Notes under the pieces: generated by a model | Databases searched by the model: none | What the model was told of the DNA's origin: nothing | The model's input: the letters and a program-made list of their open reading frames with translations, nothing else | Position numbers and translations under genes: made by a program | NCBI RefSeq assembly: GCF_014203605.1 | Contig: NZ_JACHJJ010000017.1 | Span: forward strand, 111,192-175,191 | Reading direction: 5' to 3' | From: Planomonospora venezuelensis | GTDB taxonomy: Bacteria > Actinomycetota > Actinomycetes > Streptosporangiales > Streptosporangiaceae | Length of the DNA: 64,000 nt | Shown here: positions 38,950 to 47,505 of the stretch, piece by piece | Layout: each line of letters begins with the position of its first letter | Numbering within the stretch: the first letter of the stretch is position 1

Positions 38950-39747
38950 TCAGGGTGTCAGCCGCCGCTCGGTCGCGGCCCCCACGACGAACCTCTCGGC
39001 GCCGGCCGGGTAGGGCCCGAAGTCGGCCACGACGCAGGTGATGTTGTCCGGGCCGCCGCCGCGGTTGGCCAGGTCGATGAGCCGGTGGGCGGTCTCGCCA
39101 GGGTCGTCGACCTCGGTGAGGATGGTGAAGAGGGTCTCCGGGCCGACCACGGCGGTCAGGCCGTCGGAGCAGACGAGGTAGCGGTCGCCCGGCTGGGCCT
39201 CGCGAAGCGTCAGGTCGAGCTCGCCGTCGCCGGTGCCCTCCAGCACCCGCAGGACCATCGAGCGGCGCGGGTGCTCGGCCGCCTGCTCGGGGGTGATCCG
39301 CCCGTCGTCGACCAGCGACTGGACCAGGGTGTGGTCGTGGGTGATCTGGTAGAGGGCGCCGTCGCGCAGCATGTAGGCGCGGGAGTCGCCGACGTGGGCC
39401 AGGGCGAACATGTCGCCGTCCCAGAGCAGGGCGGTGAGGGTGGTGCCCATCCCGCGCAGCGCGGGCTCCTGCTCGCTCATCTCGCGGATCATGCGGTTGA
39501 CGTCTCTGGCCACGGTTTTCAGCGCCGCCTTGAGATCGGCGCCGGTCTCCGGAAGGCTTTCGTCCAGCGCCGCCACGGCGGTGACCGCGAGCGAGCTGGC
39601 GATCTCCCCGCCGGCGTGGCCGCCCATGCCGTCGGCGATGGCGAGCAGGCGCGCGCTCGCGTAGCCGGAGTCCTCGTTGGACTCGCGACGGACTCCGACG
39701 TCGGAGCGGGCGGCGTAGCGCAGGGCCGGTCCTTCGTTTTGTGCCAT
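38950..39747 (-). CDS. PP2C-family Ser/Thr protein phosphatase, paralog 2
   Basis: LLAIADGMGGHAGGEIASS, GMGTTLTALLWDG, AHVGDSRAY, CSDGL, GGPDNITCVV; about 60% identical to 28975..29745. Start at the internal ATG (MAQNEGPALRY). Confidence 0.85.
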   Translation of the reverse strand: MAQNEGPALRYAARSDVGVRRESNEDSGYASARLLAIADGMGGHAGGEIASSLAVTAVAALDESLPETGADLKAALKTVARDVNRMIREMSEQEPALRGMGTTLTALLWDGDMFALAHVGDSRAYMLRDGALYQITHDHTLVQSLVDDGRITPEQAAEHPRRSMVLRVLEGTGDGELDLTLREAQPGDRYLVCSDGLTAVVGPETLFTILTEVDDPGETAHRLIDLANRGGGPDNITCVVADFGPYPAGAERFVVGAATERRLTP

Positions 39748-39831
39748 GAAGGCAGTAAAGCACTGGTTGAAGCACTTCACAAGCAAATCTCTTGTAGACC
39801 ATTTCAGCACAGTCAACTACTGTGGGCCGGT
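39748..39831. promoter_or_regulatory. GC-poor divergent promoter region between the PP2C paralog 2 gene and the HTH-methyltransferase-like gene
   Basis: ..GGCAGTAAAGCACTGGTTGAAGCACTTCACAAGCAAATCTCTTGTAGACCATTTCAGCACAGTCAACTACTG.. Confidence 0.35.
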
Positions 39832-41772
39832 ATGGAGGAGAGCCAGGAGATCACCGTGAACGCGGGCGACATCGCCCGGTTCGCCGATGTGGGCCGGGCG
39901 GCGGTGAGCAACTGGCGCCGCCGCCACGAGGACTTCCCCCAGCCCGTCGGCGGAACCGCCTCCAGCCCGCTCTTCTCCCTGTCCGAGGTCACCGCCTGGC
40001 TGCGGGGCAACGGCAAGTCCTTCGAGGTCTCCCTGGGCGACCTGGTCTGGCAGCGGATGCGGACCACCGTCGACGACCTGCGCCTGGGCGAGCTGGTCGG
40101 CCGGGTCGGCGCCTTCCTGCTGTTCCTGCACCGCGACCCCGGAGGCTGGCGCGAGCACGGCACGCGGTCGTTGTCCGGCGATCCCGGCGCGCGCCCCCTC
40201 GCCGAGCTGGTGGCCGACGCCACGCCCGACCTGCCGGGTCCGCCCGGGTTCCGGCTGGAGGACCGCACGCTGATCCGGCTGGTCGCCCGGCTCGCCGCCG
40301 AGAACGGCCCGCTGGCCGCGTTCGAGTTCCTCTGCGCACGCTACGTGGAGGCCCACTCCCGGCAGCTCTCGGTCACCAGGGACGACGTGGCCGCGCTCAT
40401 GGCCCGGCTGACCGGCGGACACCTCCGGGACGGCGGGGGCCCCGTGCTCGACCCGGCCTGCGGGGTCGGCACCCTGCTCCTGCACGCCGCCGCCCCGCTC
40501 GGCCAGGAGCTCAGCGAGACGAACGCCCTGCTCACCGCGGTACGGCTGCTGCTGCGCGGGACGCGCGCCCGGATCGTGGCCGGCGACTCGCTCCGCGAGG
40601 ACGGCCTGGCCGGCGAGCTCGCCGCCGCGGTGGTCTGCGACCCGCCGTTCAACGAGCGGGCCTGGGGCTACGAGGACCTGGCCGGAGACCCCCGCTGGGA
40701 GTACGGCCTGCCGCCGCGCGGCGAGCCGGAGCTCGCCTGGGTGCAGCACTGCCTGGCCCACGTGCGGCCGGGCGGCCTGGTGGCGATCCTGATGCCCGCC
40801 GCGGCGGCCAGCCGGCGCCCCGGCAAGCGGATCCGGGGCAACCTGCTGCGGGCCGGGGCGCTGCGGGCCGTGATCGCCCTGGCCCCCGGCGGGCCGGACC
40901 TGTGGCTGCTGCGCCGCCCGGACGGCGGTCGGCCCCCGTCGCAGCTGCTGATGGTGGACGCGAGCGAGGACCTGTCGATCGTGGAGTCGGCCTGGCGCGC
41001 CTACACGGCCGACCCCGAGGCCGAACCGCCGGGCGAGAGCCGTACGGTGCGGATCATCGACCTGCTCGACGACGAGGTCGACCTCGCGCCGGGGCGGCAC
41101 CGCCCGCAGCAGGGCGGGATGGACTTCGCCCGCGACCTCACCGGCGCGCTGGACCGCTTCAGGGAGGTCTCGGCCGCGCTGCCGGACGCGCCTCCCGCGC
41201 TGGAGACGCTCGCCGAGCGGCAGGAGCTGCCCACCACGACCGTCGGCGAGCTGGTCAGGGCGGGCCTGGTCACGATCCTGCAGGCCCCGCCCAAGATGAC
41301 CGCCGGCTCAGGACCCGTCCCGGTCCTGACCGCCGAGGACGCCGCCGCGGGCGCCGAGCCCTCGGGAGGGACGGTCTTCGACCCGGCGCTGGTCATGGTC
41401 AGGCCGGACGACGTCGTGGCCACCGCGCTGGGCGCGGTCCGGGTCGTCGAGCACTCCGGCGCGGCGCTCGGGCCGCAGCTCACGCTCTACCGCGTCGACC
41501 CCGAACGGCTCGACCCCCACTTCCTGGCCGGGTTCCTCCGCTCCGCCGAGGCCTCCCGCGTCCATCCCAGCTCCAGCCGGCTCGACGTGCGGCGGGCCCG
41601 CGTGCCGGTGCTGCCCGTGGCCGAGCAGCGGCGGTACGGCGCCGCCTTCCGCGAGCTGACCGCGCTGGAGGACAGATTGCGTGAGACGGCGGCACTGGGA
41701 GAGACCTTGATCCGGCTAGGCTTTGACGGACTGGTCGACGGTCATCTGAGACCGTGCGACCAACGGGTGTAG
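39832..41772 (+). CDS. HTH-domain protein fused to an N6-adenine (gamma-class, HsdM-like) methyltransferase-like domain; orphan, no restriction partner in the window
   Basis: N-terminal HTH (ITVNAGDIARFADVGRAAVSNWRRRH), SAM motif I VLDPACGVGTLLLHAA and motif IV VVCDPPFNERAWGY (DPPF). 646 aa with a long C-terminal domain of unknown function. Confidence 0.65.
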   Translation: MEESQEITVNAGDIARFADVGRAAVSNWRRRHEDFPQPVGGTASSPLFSLSEVTAWLRGNGKSFEVSLGDLVWQRMRTTVDDLRLGELVGRVGAFLLFLHRDPGGWREHGTRSLSGDPGARPLAELVADATPDLPGPPGFRLEDRTLIRLVARLAAENGPLAAFEFLCARYVEAHSRQLSVTRDDVAALMARLTGGHLRDGGGPVLDPACGVGTLLLHAAAPLGQELSETNALLTAVRLLLRGTRARIVAGDSLREDGLAGELAAAVVCDPPFNERAWGYEDLAGDPRWEYGLPPRGEPELAWVQHCLAHVRPGGLVAILMPAAAASRRPGKRIRGNLLRAGALRAVIALAPGGPDLWLLRRPDGGRPPSQLLMVDASEDLSIVESAWRAYTADPEAEPPGESRTVRIIDLLDDEVDLAPGRHRPQQGGMDFARDLTGALDRFREVSAALPDAPPALETLAERQELPTTTVGELVRAGLVTILQAPPKMTAGSGPVPVLTAEDAAAGAEPSGGTVFDPALVMVRPDDVVATALGAVRVVEHSGAALGPQLTLYRVDPERLDPHFLAGFLRSAEASRVHPSSSRLDVRRARVPVLPVAEQRRYGAAFRELTALEDRLRETAALGETLIRLGFDGLVDGHLRPCDQRV

Positions 41773-41797
41773 CGCCCGCGGGTCCGCAGGGAGGGTC

Positions 41798-42691
41798 ATG
41801 GTCATCGGCGACCGCTACGTGCTCGACGACCTTCCCCTGGGGCAGGGCGGGATGGGGGCGGTCTACGCCGGTCACGACAGGCACCTCGACCGCAGGGTGG
41901 CGGTCAAGTTCCTGCGCCTGCTCACCGGGCCCGACGAGGAGCTGAAGCGGCGTTTCCTGCGCGAGGCCCGCATCCTGGCCAAGCTGGAGCACCCCGGCGC
42001 CCCGGTCCTGTACGACTTCGGCACCTTCGAGCAGCGGCTGTTCCAGGTGATGCAGTTCATCGAGGGCGTCACCGTGGCCGACCTGGTCAGCGAGCACGGC
42101 CCGCTCCCGGTCCCGTGGGCCGCCGCGATCGCCGCCCAGGCCTGCGCGGTGCTCTCGGCCGCGCACACGCTCTCCATCTACCACCGCGACCTCAAGCCGA
42201 CCAACCTGATGCTCTGCCCGGACGGCAGCGTCAAGGTCCTGGACTTCGGCCTGGCAATGCTCCGCGAGGCCGACTCCACCCAGTTCACCCGGATCGGCCA
42301 GATCCTCGGCACCCCGTCCTACATGGCCCCCGAGCAGATCCAGCGCGGCCTGGCCGGTCCGCGCAGCGACCTGTACGCGCTGGGCTGCGTGATCCACGAG
42401 ATGCTGACGGGCGAGCAGCTGTTCACCGGCCCCACCGAGTACGTCGTGTTCGAGCGCCAGGTCAAGGAGCTCCCGCCCCCGGTCCCCGGCATCCCCGACG
42501 GCTTGAACCGCCTCCTCGCCGAGCTGCTGGAGAAGGACCCCGACCGGCGCCCGGCCGGCGCCGACGCCCTCTACGAGCGGCTGCAGCCCTTCGCCGTGGA
42601 CCTGCCCATGCTCCCCGGTTTCCTCACCCCGCCCTCGGTCCCCAGTCCCGGCCGGATGTACGCCCGCGTCCTCGGCCGCATCCTGGCCTGA
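41798..42691 (+). CDS. Hanks-type Ser/Thr protein kinase, kinase domain only, cytoplasmic
   Basis: LGQGGMGAVYAG..VAVKFL (G-loop and VAIK-like), catalytic loop HRDLKPTNLM, DFG, APE (SYMAPEQ); 297 aa, no TM or sensor domain; 25 nt after the upstream gene. Confidence 0.85.
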   Translation: MVIGDRYVLDDLPLGQGGMGAVYAGHDRHLDRRVAVKFLRLLTGPDEELKRRFLREARILAKLEHPGAPVLYDFGTFEQRLFQVMQFIEGVTVADLVSEHGPLPVPWAAAIAAQACAVLSAAHTLSIYHRDLKPTNLMLCPDGSVKVLDFGLAMLREADSTQFTRIGQILGTPSYMAPEQIQRGLAGPRSDLYALGCVIHEMLTGEQLFTGPTEYVVFERQVKELPPPVPGIPDGLNRLLAELLEKDPDRRPAGADALYERLQPFAVDLPMLPGFLTPPSVPSPGRMYARVLGRILA

Positions 42692-42732
42692 TCCCCGCCG
42701 GCCGGTTCCCGCGGCGCCGGCGTCGGGCGCGG

Positions 42733-44505
42733 TCAGACCGCTCCGGTGAGTCCGCGCAGGGCGAGGCCCAGTCCGAGCAGGACGACGACCGCGGCGGTGC
42801 CGACCGGGGCGAGGGCCGACGCGCGGGCCGCGAAGCCCCGGCCCGCCGCCGCGAACCGGCCGGCCCTCCCGGCGAGCCTGACCAGGAGCAGCCCGGCGGC
42901 GGTGAGGGTGGCGGCCATGCCCAGGCCGTACGCCAGGACGAGGGCGACCCCGAACCAGGTGCGGCCGAGCGCGATCGAGCCGAGCAGGACGACCAGCGCG
43001 GAAGGGCTGGGCACCAGCCCTCCGGCGATCCCCATCCCCACCAGCCCGCGCCGCGAGGCCGCGGGCCGGGTCTCCGCCCCGCGGTTCCCGGCGGCCGACG
43101 CGCCGGGAGGTCCGGCGTCCGGTTCCAGCAGCGCCACGCCGCCCTCCGGGCGGGCCGCGTGCCCATGGCCGAGGTGACCGGAACCGGAATGACCGTGGCC
43201 GTGACCGTGGCCGTGCCCGTGGCCGTGCCCATGCCCGTGGCCGTGGCCGTGCCCGTGGCCGTGCCCGGGCGCCTCTCCGGTGCGGTGGGCGCGCCAGGCC
43301 GTCCGGAGGAGGCCCGCGCCGACGGCGGTGATCAGCAGGCCGCTGACCAGGCCGAGCCAGGCCAGTACGGCCTCCCCGGTGAGGAAGGAGAAGACGCTCA
43401 GCAGCAGCCCCACCACCAGGACGCCCAGGGTGTGGGTGACGGTCACGGTGGCGCCGACGACCAGCGCGTCCCGGGGGCGGCCCCGCCGCCCGGCCAGGTA
43501 GGCGGCCATGATGGTCTTGCCGTGGCCGGGGACGAGCGCGTGCCCGGCGCCGAGGAGCACGGCGATGCCCACCGCGAGCAGGCCGAGCGGGACCGTCGGC
43601 GAGCCGGTGCCGATCAGCCCGGTGAAGGCCCGGTCCAGCGCGGCCAGCGCGTCCCCGGCCGGCCCCGGCAGGCTCGGCCGGGGCACGGCCGGAGACGGTC
43701 CGGTGCCGGGGCCGGTTCCCGTTCCGGCCCCGGCCGCGGAGCCGCTCCCGTCCCCCGGCCCGTCCCCCGGCCCGGTCCCGGGCCGGACGACCAGCCGCGC
43801 CGTCCGCTGGTCGAGCGGAGCGGCCAGCAGGTCGTCCGGGTAGCTCCGCAGCCGCCCGCTTGTGCTCGTCTCCGGCGCCGACGACTCCGCCAGCCGTACC
43901 CCGCCGCCCGCGACCGCGGTGATCTCCCGCCAGCCGAGCCGGTCGGCGAGGAAGCCGTCCTCGAACCCGACCGTCTCCGGCCCGGTCACGGGCGCGGCGA
44001 GGGAGCAGGTCAGGCGGCTGGTCTCCAGGCCGCCCTGGCCGGGCTCGTAGCCGAACTCCGAGGAGGCGACCCGCCAGGCGACCGCCGTCCCGTTCACGGT
44101 CAGCCGCTGCGCGGCGGCCAGCTCCGCGCAGCGGGCGGCGCCGTACGCCGACCGCTCAGGCGGCGAGACCGTCCCCGACCGGTCGCCGTCCACCGCGGGA
44201 CGGGTCTGCAGGGTGGGCAGTTCGGCGCTGTCGACGACGGCGAGGTTCTCCACCCGGTCCGGGGCGACCGTCAGGCCGTTGTAGTGGTTGACGGTGAAGT
44301 TGCCCAGCGGGTGCGCGGCGACGGGCGGGAGCACGGCGCTGACGTGCGAGGACACAGCGGCGAGCGGGAGCACAGCGGCGGGCCGGAGCACAGCGGCGGC
44401 GCGGGGAGGCCCGGCGGCGGCCTGCGACGCCGGGGCCGCGAGCGCCGTGCACAGCGCCGCGAGGCCGGAGGCCGCGACGAGGCGGAGGACCGTTCTGCGG
44501 ATCAT
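42733..44505 (-). CDS. Fusion of a secreted N-terminal domain (DUF1007-like?) to a NicO/RcnA-family nickel/cobalt transporter with a (His-Gly)n loop
   Basis: Signal peptide MIRRTVLRLVAASGLAALCTALAAPASQA. C-terminal 6-TM domain with the NicO signature GHALVPGHGKT and the loop HGHGHGHGHGHGHGHGHGHGHGHSGSGHLGHGH. ATGA overlap with the upstream TPR gene. Confidence 0.7.
   Translation of the reverse strand: MIRRTVLRLVAASGLAALCTALAAPASQAAAGPPRAAAVLRPAAVLPLAAVSSHVSAVLPPVAAHPLGNFTVNHYNGLTVAPDRVENLAVVDSAELPTLQTRPAVDGDRSGTVSPPERSAYGAARCAELAAAQRLTVNGTAVAWRVASSEFGYEPGQGGLETSRLTCSLAAPVTGPETVGFEDGFLADRLGWREITAVAGGGVRLAESSAPETSTSGRLRSYPDDLLAAPLDQRTARLVVRPGTGPGDGPGDGSGSAAGAGTGTGPGTGPSPAVPRPSLPGPAGDALAALDRAFTGLIGTGSPTVPLGLLAVGIAVLLGAGHALVPGHGKTIMAAYLAGRRGRPRDALVVGATVTVTHTLGVLVVGLLLSVFSFLTGEAVLAWLGLVSGLLITAVGAGLLRTAWRAHRTGEAPGHGHGHGHGHGHGHGHGHGHGHGHGHSGSGHLGHGHAARPEGGVALLEPDAGPPGASAAGNRGAETRPAASRRGLVGMGIAGGLVPSPSALVVLLGSIALGRTWFGVALVLAYGLGMAATLTAAGLLLVRLAGRAGRFAAAGRGFAARASALAPVGTAAVVVLLGLGLALRGLTGAV
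43141..43270 (-). repeat. (GTGGCC/GTGCCC)n coding microsatellite that encodes the (His-Gly)n tract of the transporter
   Basis: About 20 near-identical hexamers in tandem; a candidate for slipped-strand length variation. Confidence 0.6.
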
Positions 44506-45836
44506 GAGAACCTCGCGAGGGCGGGCAGGCGGGGGGAGAAGGCCGGGTCCGCGGCGCGGGCCGCGGCGGCGGAGCGCTCGGCCCGCCGGGTGAGGCCCAG
44601 GGCGCGCTCGATCTCGGCGCGGTGGTGCAGGAGCAGCGCGTGGCGCCAGCCGGTCGCGGTGGCCTCGCGCGCGTACGGCAGCGCCTCCCGGCTCCGGCCG
44701 TCCCGGTGCAGGGCCCAGGCCAGCGCGTCGGCGGCGACCGCGCCCGGCGCGCGGGCGTACTCGGCCCTGGCGTGCTCGACGGCCCGGGCGGGAGAGCCGT
44801 GGTCGGCCTCGTACTCGGCCCAGGTCAGGTCGTCGCGCACCCCCGCGCCCGCCATCAGGTCCCGCTGCGCCCGCAGCAGCGCCCACTGCCCGGACGGGTC
44901 CCCGCCCGAGGCCATGATCACCTCGGCGTACTCGACCGTGTACTGGGGCAGCGGGAGCCGCTCGACCACGGTCGCGTACAGGTCGAGCGCCTCGGCCGTC
45001 CTGCCGCCGAGCGCGGCGGCCCTGGCGGTCCCGGCCAGTGCGGGGGTGAACTCCGGCGCCGCCCGCAGCGCCAGGCGGTACTGCTCGGCGGCGCCGGCCA
45101 GGTCGCCGGAGTGCAGGGCGAGCTCGCCCAGGTGGTAGTGGCAGTAGGCGACGTCGGCGGGGGCGAAGGCGTCGTCGAGGGCGTGGACCAGCAGGCGGCG
45201 GGCCCCGTCCCGGTCGCCGCGGAGCTCGGCCGCGTAGGAGGCCCTCGTGAAGGCCGCGACGCCCGGCCGCAGCTCCGTCATCCGCTTGATCGCCCGCTCC
45301 GCCTCGCCGTACCGGCCGAGCTGGATGTAGGCGTCGGCCAGCACCGCCTGGGCGCCCGCGCCGTAGGGGTTCGCCCCGGCCGACAGCCGCGCCAGCCGTA
45401 CCGCCCCGGTGAAGTCGTGCCGGGCGGCGGCGAGCGCGGCCTGGCCGGTCAGCGCGGCGGAGTTGCCGGGGTTCAGCGCGGCGGAGCGGGCCAGCGCCTG
45501 CTCGGCCTTCGGGTAGAGGGACGGGTCGGCGGTCAGGCGGGCCTGCTGGACGTAGGCGGCGCCGAGACTCGCCCAGGCCTGGTCGTCGCCGGGCAGGCGG
45601 CGGAGCCTGGCGGTCAGCGCGGCGATCGCGTCCCGCAGCGAGACGGCCGAGACGGGCGTCTCCACGGGCTCGCGGACGGCCGCTCCCCTGGCGGGCGCGG
45701 TGGCGGGAGGCGGCACCGGCTCGCCGGGGACCAGCGCGGCCCCTGCGGTCAGCGCCCCGGCCAGCGCCAGGGCGGCGATCCCCGCCCTGGCGGAGGGCCT
45801 CGTGGAAAACCTCATGGAAGTCCTCGTGGAAGTCAT
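44502..45836 (-). CDS. Secreted tetratricopeptide-repeat (TPR) protein
   Basis: Signal peptide (MRFSTRPSARAGIAALALAGALTAGAA), then TPR-like helical repeats (..AWASLGAAYVQQARLTADPSLYPKAEQALARSAALNP..). Start at the internal ATG at 45836 (MTSTRTSMRF). Confidence 0.65.
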   Translation of the reverse strand: MTSTRTSMRFSTRPSARAGIAALALAGALTAGAALVPGEPVPPPATAPARGAAVREPVETPVSAVSLRDAIAALTARLRRLPGDDQAWASLGAAYVQQARLTADPSLYPKAEQALARSAALNPGNSAALTGQAALAAARHDFTGAVRLARLSAGANPYGAGAQAVLADAYIQLGRYGEAERAIKRMTELRPGVAAFTRASYAAELRGDRDGARRLLVHALDDAFAPADVAYCHYHLGELALHSGDLAGAAEQYRLALRAAPEFTPALAGTARAAALGGRTAEALDLYATVVERLPLPQYTVEYAEVIMASGGDPSGQWALLRAQRDLMAGAGVRDDLTWAEYEADHGSPARAVEHARAEYARAPGAVAADALAWALHRDGRSREALPYAREATATGWRHALLLHHRAEIERALGLTRRAERSAAAARAADPAFSPRLPALARFS

Positions 45837-45895
45837 CGCAGTGATCTCCACCGGCTCCGGGGGCGGGACCGGGCGGGCCCGCCCCCGGAGGCGGA

Positions 45896-47278
45896 TCAGT
45901 TCTGGTTGACCGAGGTGGTGCCGGGCAGCGGGATGTACGGGAACGTCGCCCCGGACGGCTTGTCGTTGGCGTCCACCTTGTCCCCGGCGGCCAGCGCGTC
46001 GACGAGCCTGCCGGTCAGCGCGGCGCCCGCCACCGCCTGCAGGGAGATGTCGACCACGTCGTCGCCGAGGCGGCGGCCGTTCGGGTAGCCCTGCGGGTCG
46101 CCGCCGATCACGCCGAGGCGGCTGGGGTCCTTGCTGAGCGGGACGGACATGTTCAGCCGCAGCATCTCGGAGGGGCGCAGCCTGCCCGCGTCCTTGTTGA
46201 GGGTCTGCGAGTTGAGGTCCGCCTTGATCGGGCCGTTGGCCTTGGCGATGCCGGTCAGGAAGATCTCGACCAGGTCGTCGCGCGGGGTCGCGGGCGCCTT
46301 GATGCCGTAGACGGACTCCAGGAGCCTGGCCACCTCGGGGTCGGTGACCCGCTTGACGACGGCGGGGATGCCGGCGTCCTTGTCGGGGCCGATCGCGTTG
46401 AAGGCGTCCTTCAGCCCGGCCGGGACCACGAGCTCGTTGACCAGCGGCTGCCCCAGGCGGGAGACCTGGACGAAGCCCTTCGGGCTCCACTTGTCCACGG
46501 TGGACCAGACGCCGATGACCGGGTTGCGCTTCGCGTCGCCCTTGAGGGCGAGCTCGTCCTTGGGCAGCTGGAGGCCGAGGGTGTGGACGTTGTAGCCCTT
46601 GAGGGTGTCCTGGCCGACCTCGGACAGGTCGCCGCCGTAGAGCAGGTCGAAGACCCGCAGGTCGAGGAAGAACGCCTCGTCCGACTGGCCGGCGAAGGTC
46701 CTGCCGCCGCCCTTGAGCCCGACGACGGCCTGGGCCCGCAGGGTGGCGTAGTCGGGCATCGAGGCGGGGCCGACGTTGCTCGGGGCCACGGTCCCGTTGG
46801 AGACGAGCGTCTCCGTGCCCCTGGAGGTGGTCCTCGTGAGCGTGTAGCGCTGCCTGAACAGCAGGTTCTCGTCGTTCAGCGAGGTGACGGGGCCGTTGTT
46901 GTACAGGAAGGTGGTGTTCCCCCGCCGGTCCTGGTCGCGGAACCTCCACTGGTAGGTGATGTCGGGTTTCGCGTCGCCGTCGCTGTCGATCTTGATGTTG
47001 TACCGGGAGTTGCTGTCGAACTGGTAGAAGTTCGGCCCGCCGTTCGGTTCCTCGAAGGGGATGAAGTTCGCCAGCAGCGTCACGGTGTCGGGCTTGTCGG
47101 GGCTGACGAAGGCGTAGACGTCGGTGTTGTCGTTGCGGGGGTCTCCCGCGGTCATCGGGGCCTCGCGGTGCGAGGACGCCGTGCCGGTGCCGGCTTTCAG
47201 CAGGGTGAACGAGGAAGCGACCAGCGCTCCCGCCACACCCAGGCCGACCAGGGCGCGCCGGGTGGTCCGGAGCTCCAT
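45896..47278 (-). CDS. DUF4331 domain-containing secreted protein
   Basis: Tat-like signal MELRTTRRALVGLGVAGALVASS, then HREAPMTAGDPRNDNTDVYAFVSPDKPDTVTLLANFIPFEEPNGGPNFYQFD, as in DUF4331; 460 aa from the internal ATG. Confidence 0.65.
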   Translation of the reverse strand: MELRTTRRALVGLGVAGALVASSFTLLKAGTGTASSHREAPMTAGDPRNDNTDVYAFVSPDKPDTVTLLANFIPFEEPNGGPNFYQFDSNSRYNIKIDSDGDAKPDITYQWRFRDQDRRGNTTFLYNNGPVTSLNDENLLFRQRYTLTRTTSRGTETLVSNGTVAPSNVGPASMPDYATLRAQAVVGLKGGGRTFAGQSDEAFFLDLRVFDLLYGGDLSEVGQDTLKGYNVHTLGLQLPKDELALKGDAKRNPVIGVWSTVDKWSPKGFVQVSRLGQPLVNELVVPAGLKDAFNAIGPDKDAGIPAVVKRVTDPEVARLLESVYGIKAPATPRDDLVEIFLTGIAKANGPIKADLNSQTLNKDAGRLRPSEMLRLNMSVPLSKDPSRLGVIGGDPQGYPNGRRLGDDVVDISLQAVAGAALTGRLVDALAAGDKVDANDKPSGATFPYIPLPGTTSVNQN

Positions 47279-47505
47279 GTCAGGGGTCCTTTCGGCCGCC
47301 GGCCACGGGCGTGACCGGCCTCGGGATGGGAGAGGAAGGATCCGGCCGGGGTTCCTCGACGTGTTGTTCGTCGCCGGAGCGCCACCGGATTGCCCCGACT
47401 TTCCGCGGGCGCGGTCATCGGCGGCCGGGCCGGGTCCGGCCTCGCGCGGATCCCTCCGGCGCTCTAGGTTCGAGGTGTCACCCAGTGGAATGTCCGGGAG
47501 GGCCA

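Noticed and set aside
39085-41772. Upstream 250 codons of the 895-aa ORF containing the MTase-like gene; also 39817..41100 minus-strand and 39822..41684 +1 frame
   Set aside because: The upstream part overlaps the PP2C gene on the opposite strand and lacks motifs. The real start is taken at ATG 39832, after the AT-rich promoter region.
43141-43270. Considered whether the regular repeats here or at 61411..61482 could be a CRISPR array
   Set aside because: The repeats are tandem with no spacers, sit in-frame inside coding sequence ((HG)n and (MSTGDA)n), and no cas genes are present.
42115-45138. 1,007-aa plus-strand ORF across the kinase 3' end, transporter and TPR genes
   Set aside because: Crosses three independently supported genes, two of them on the opposite strand; wrong-frame artefact.
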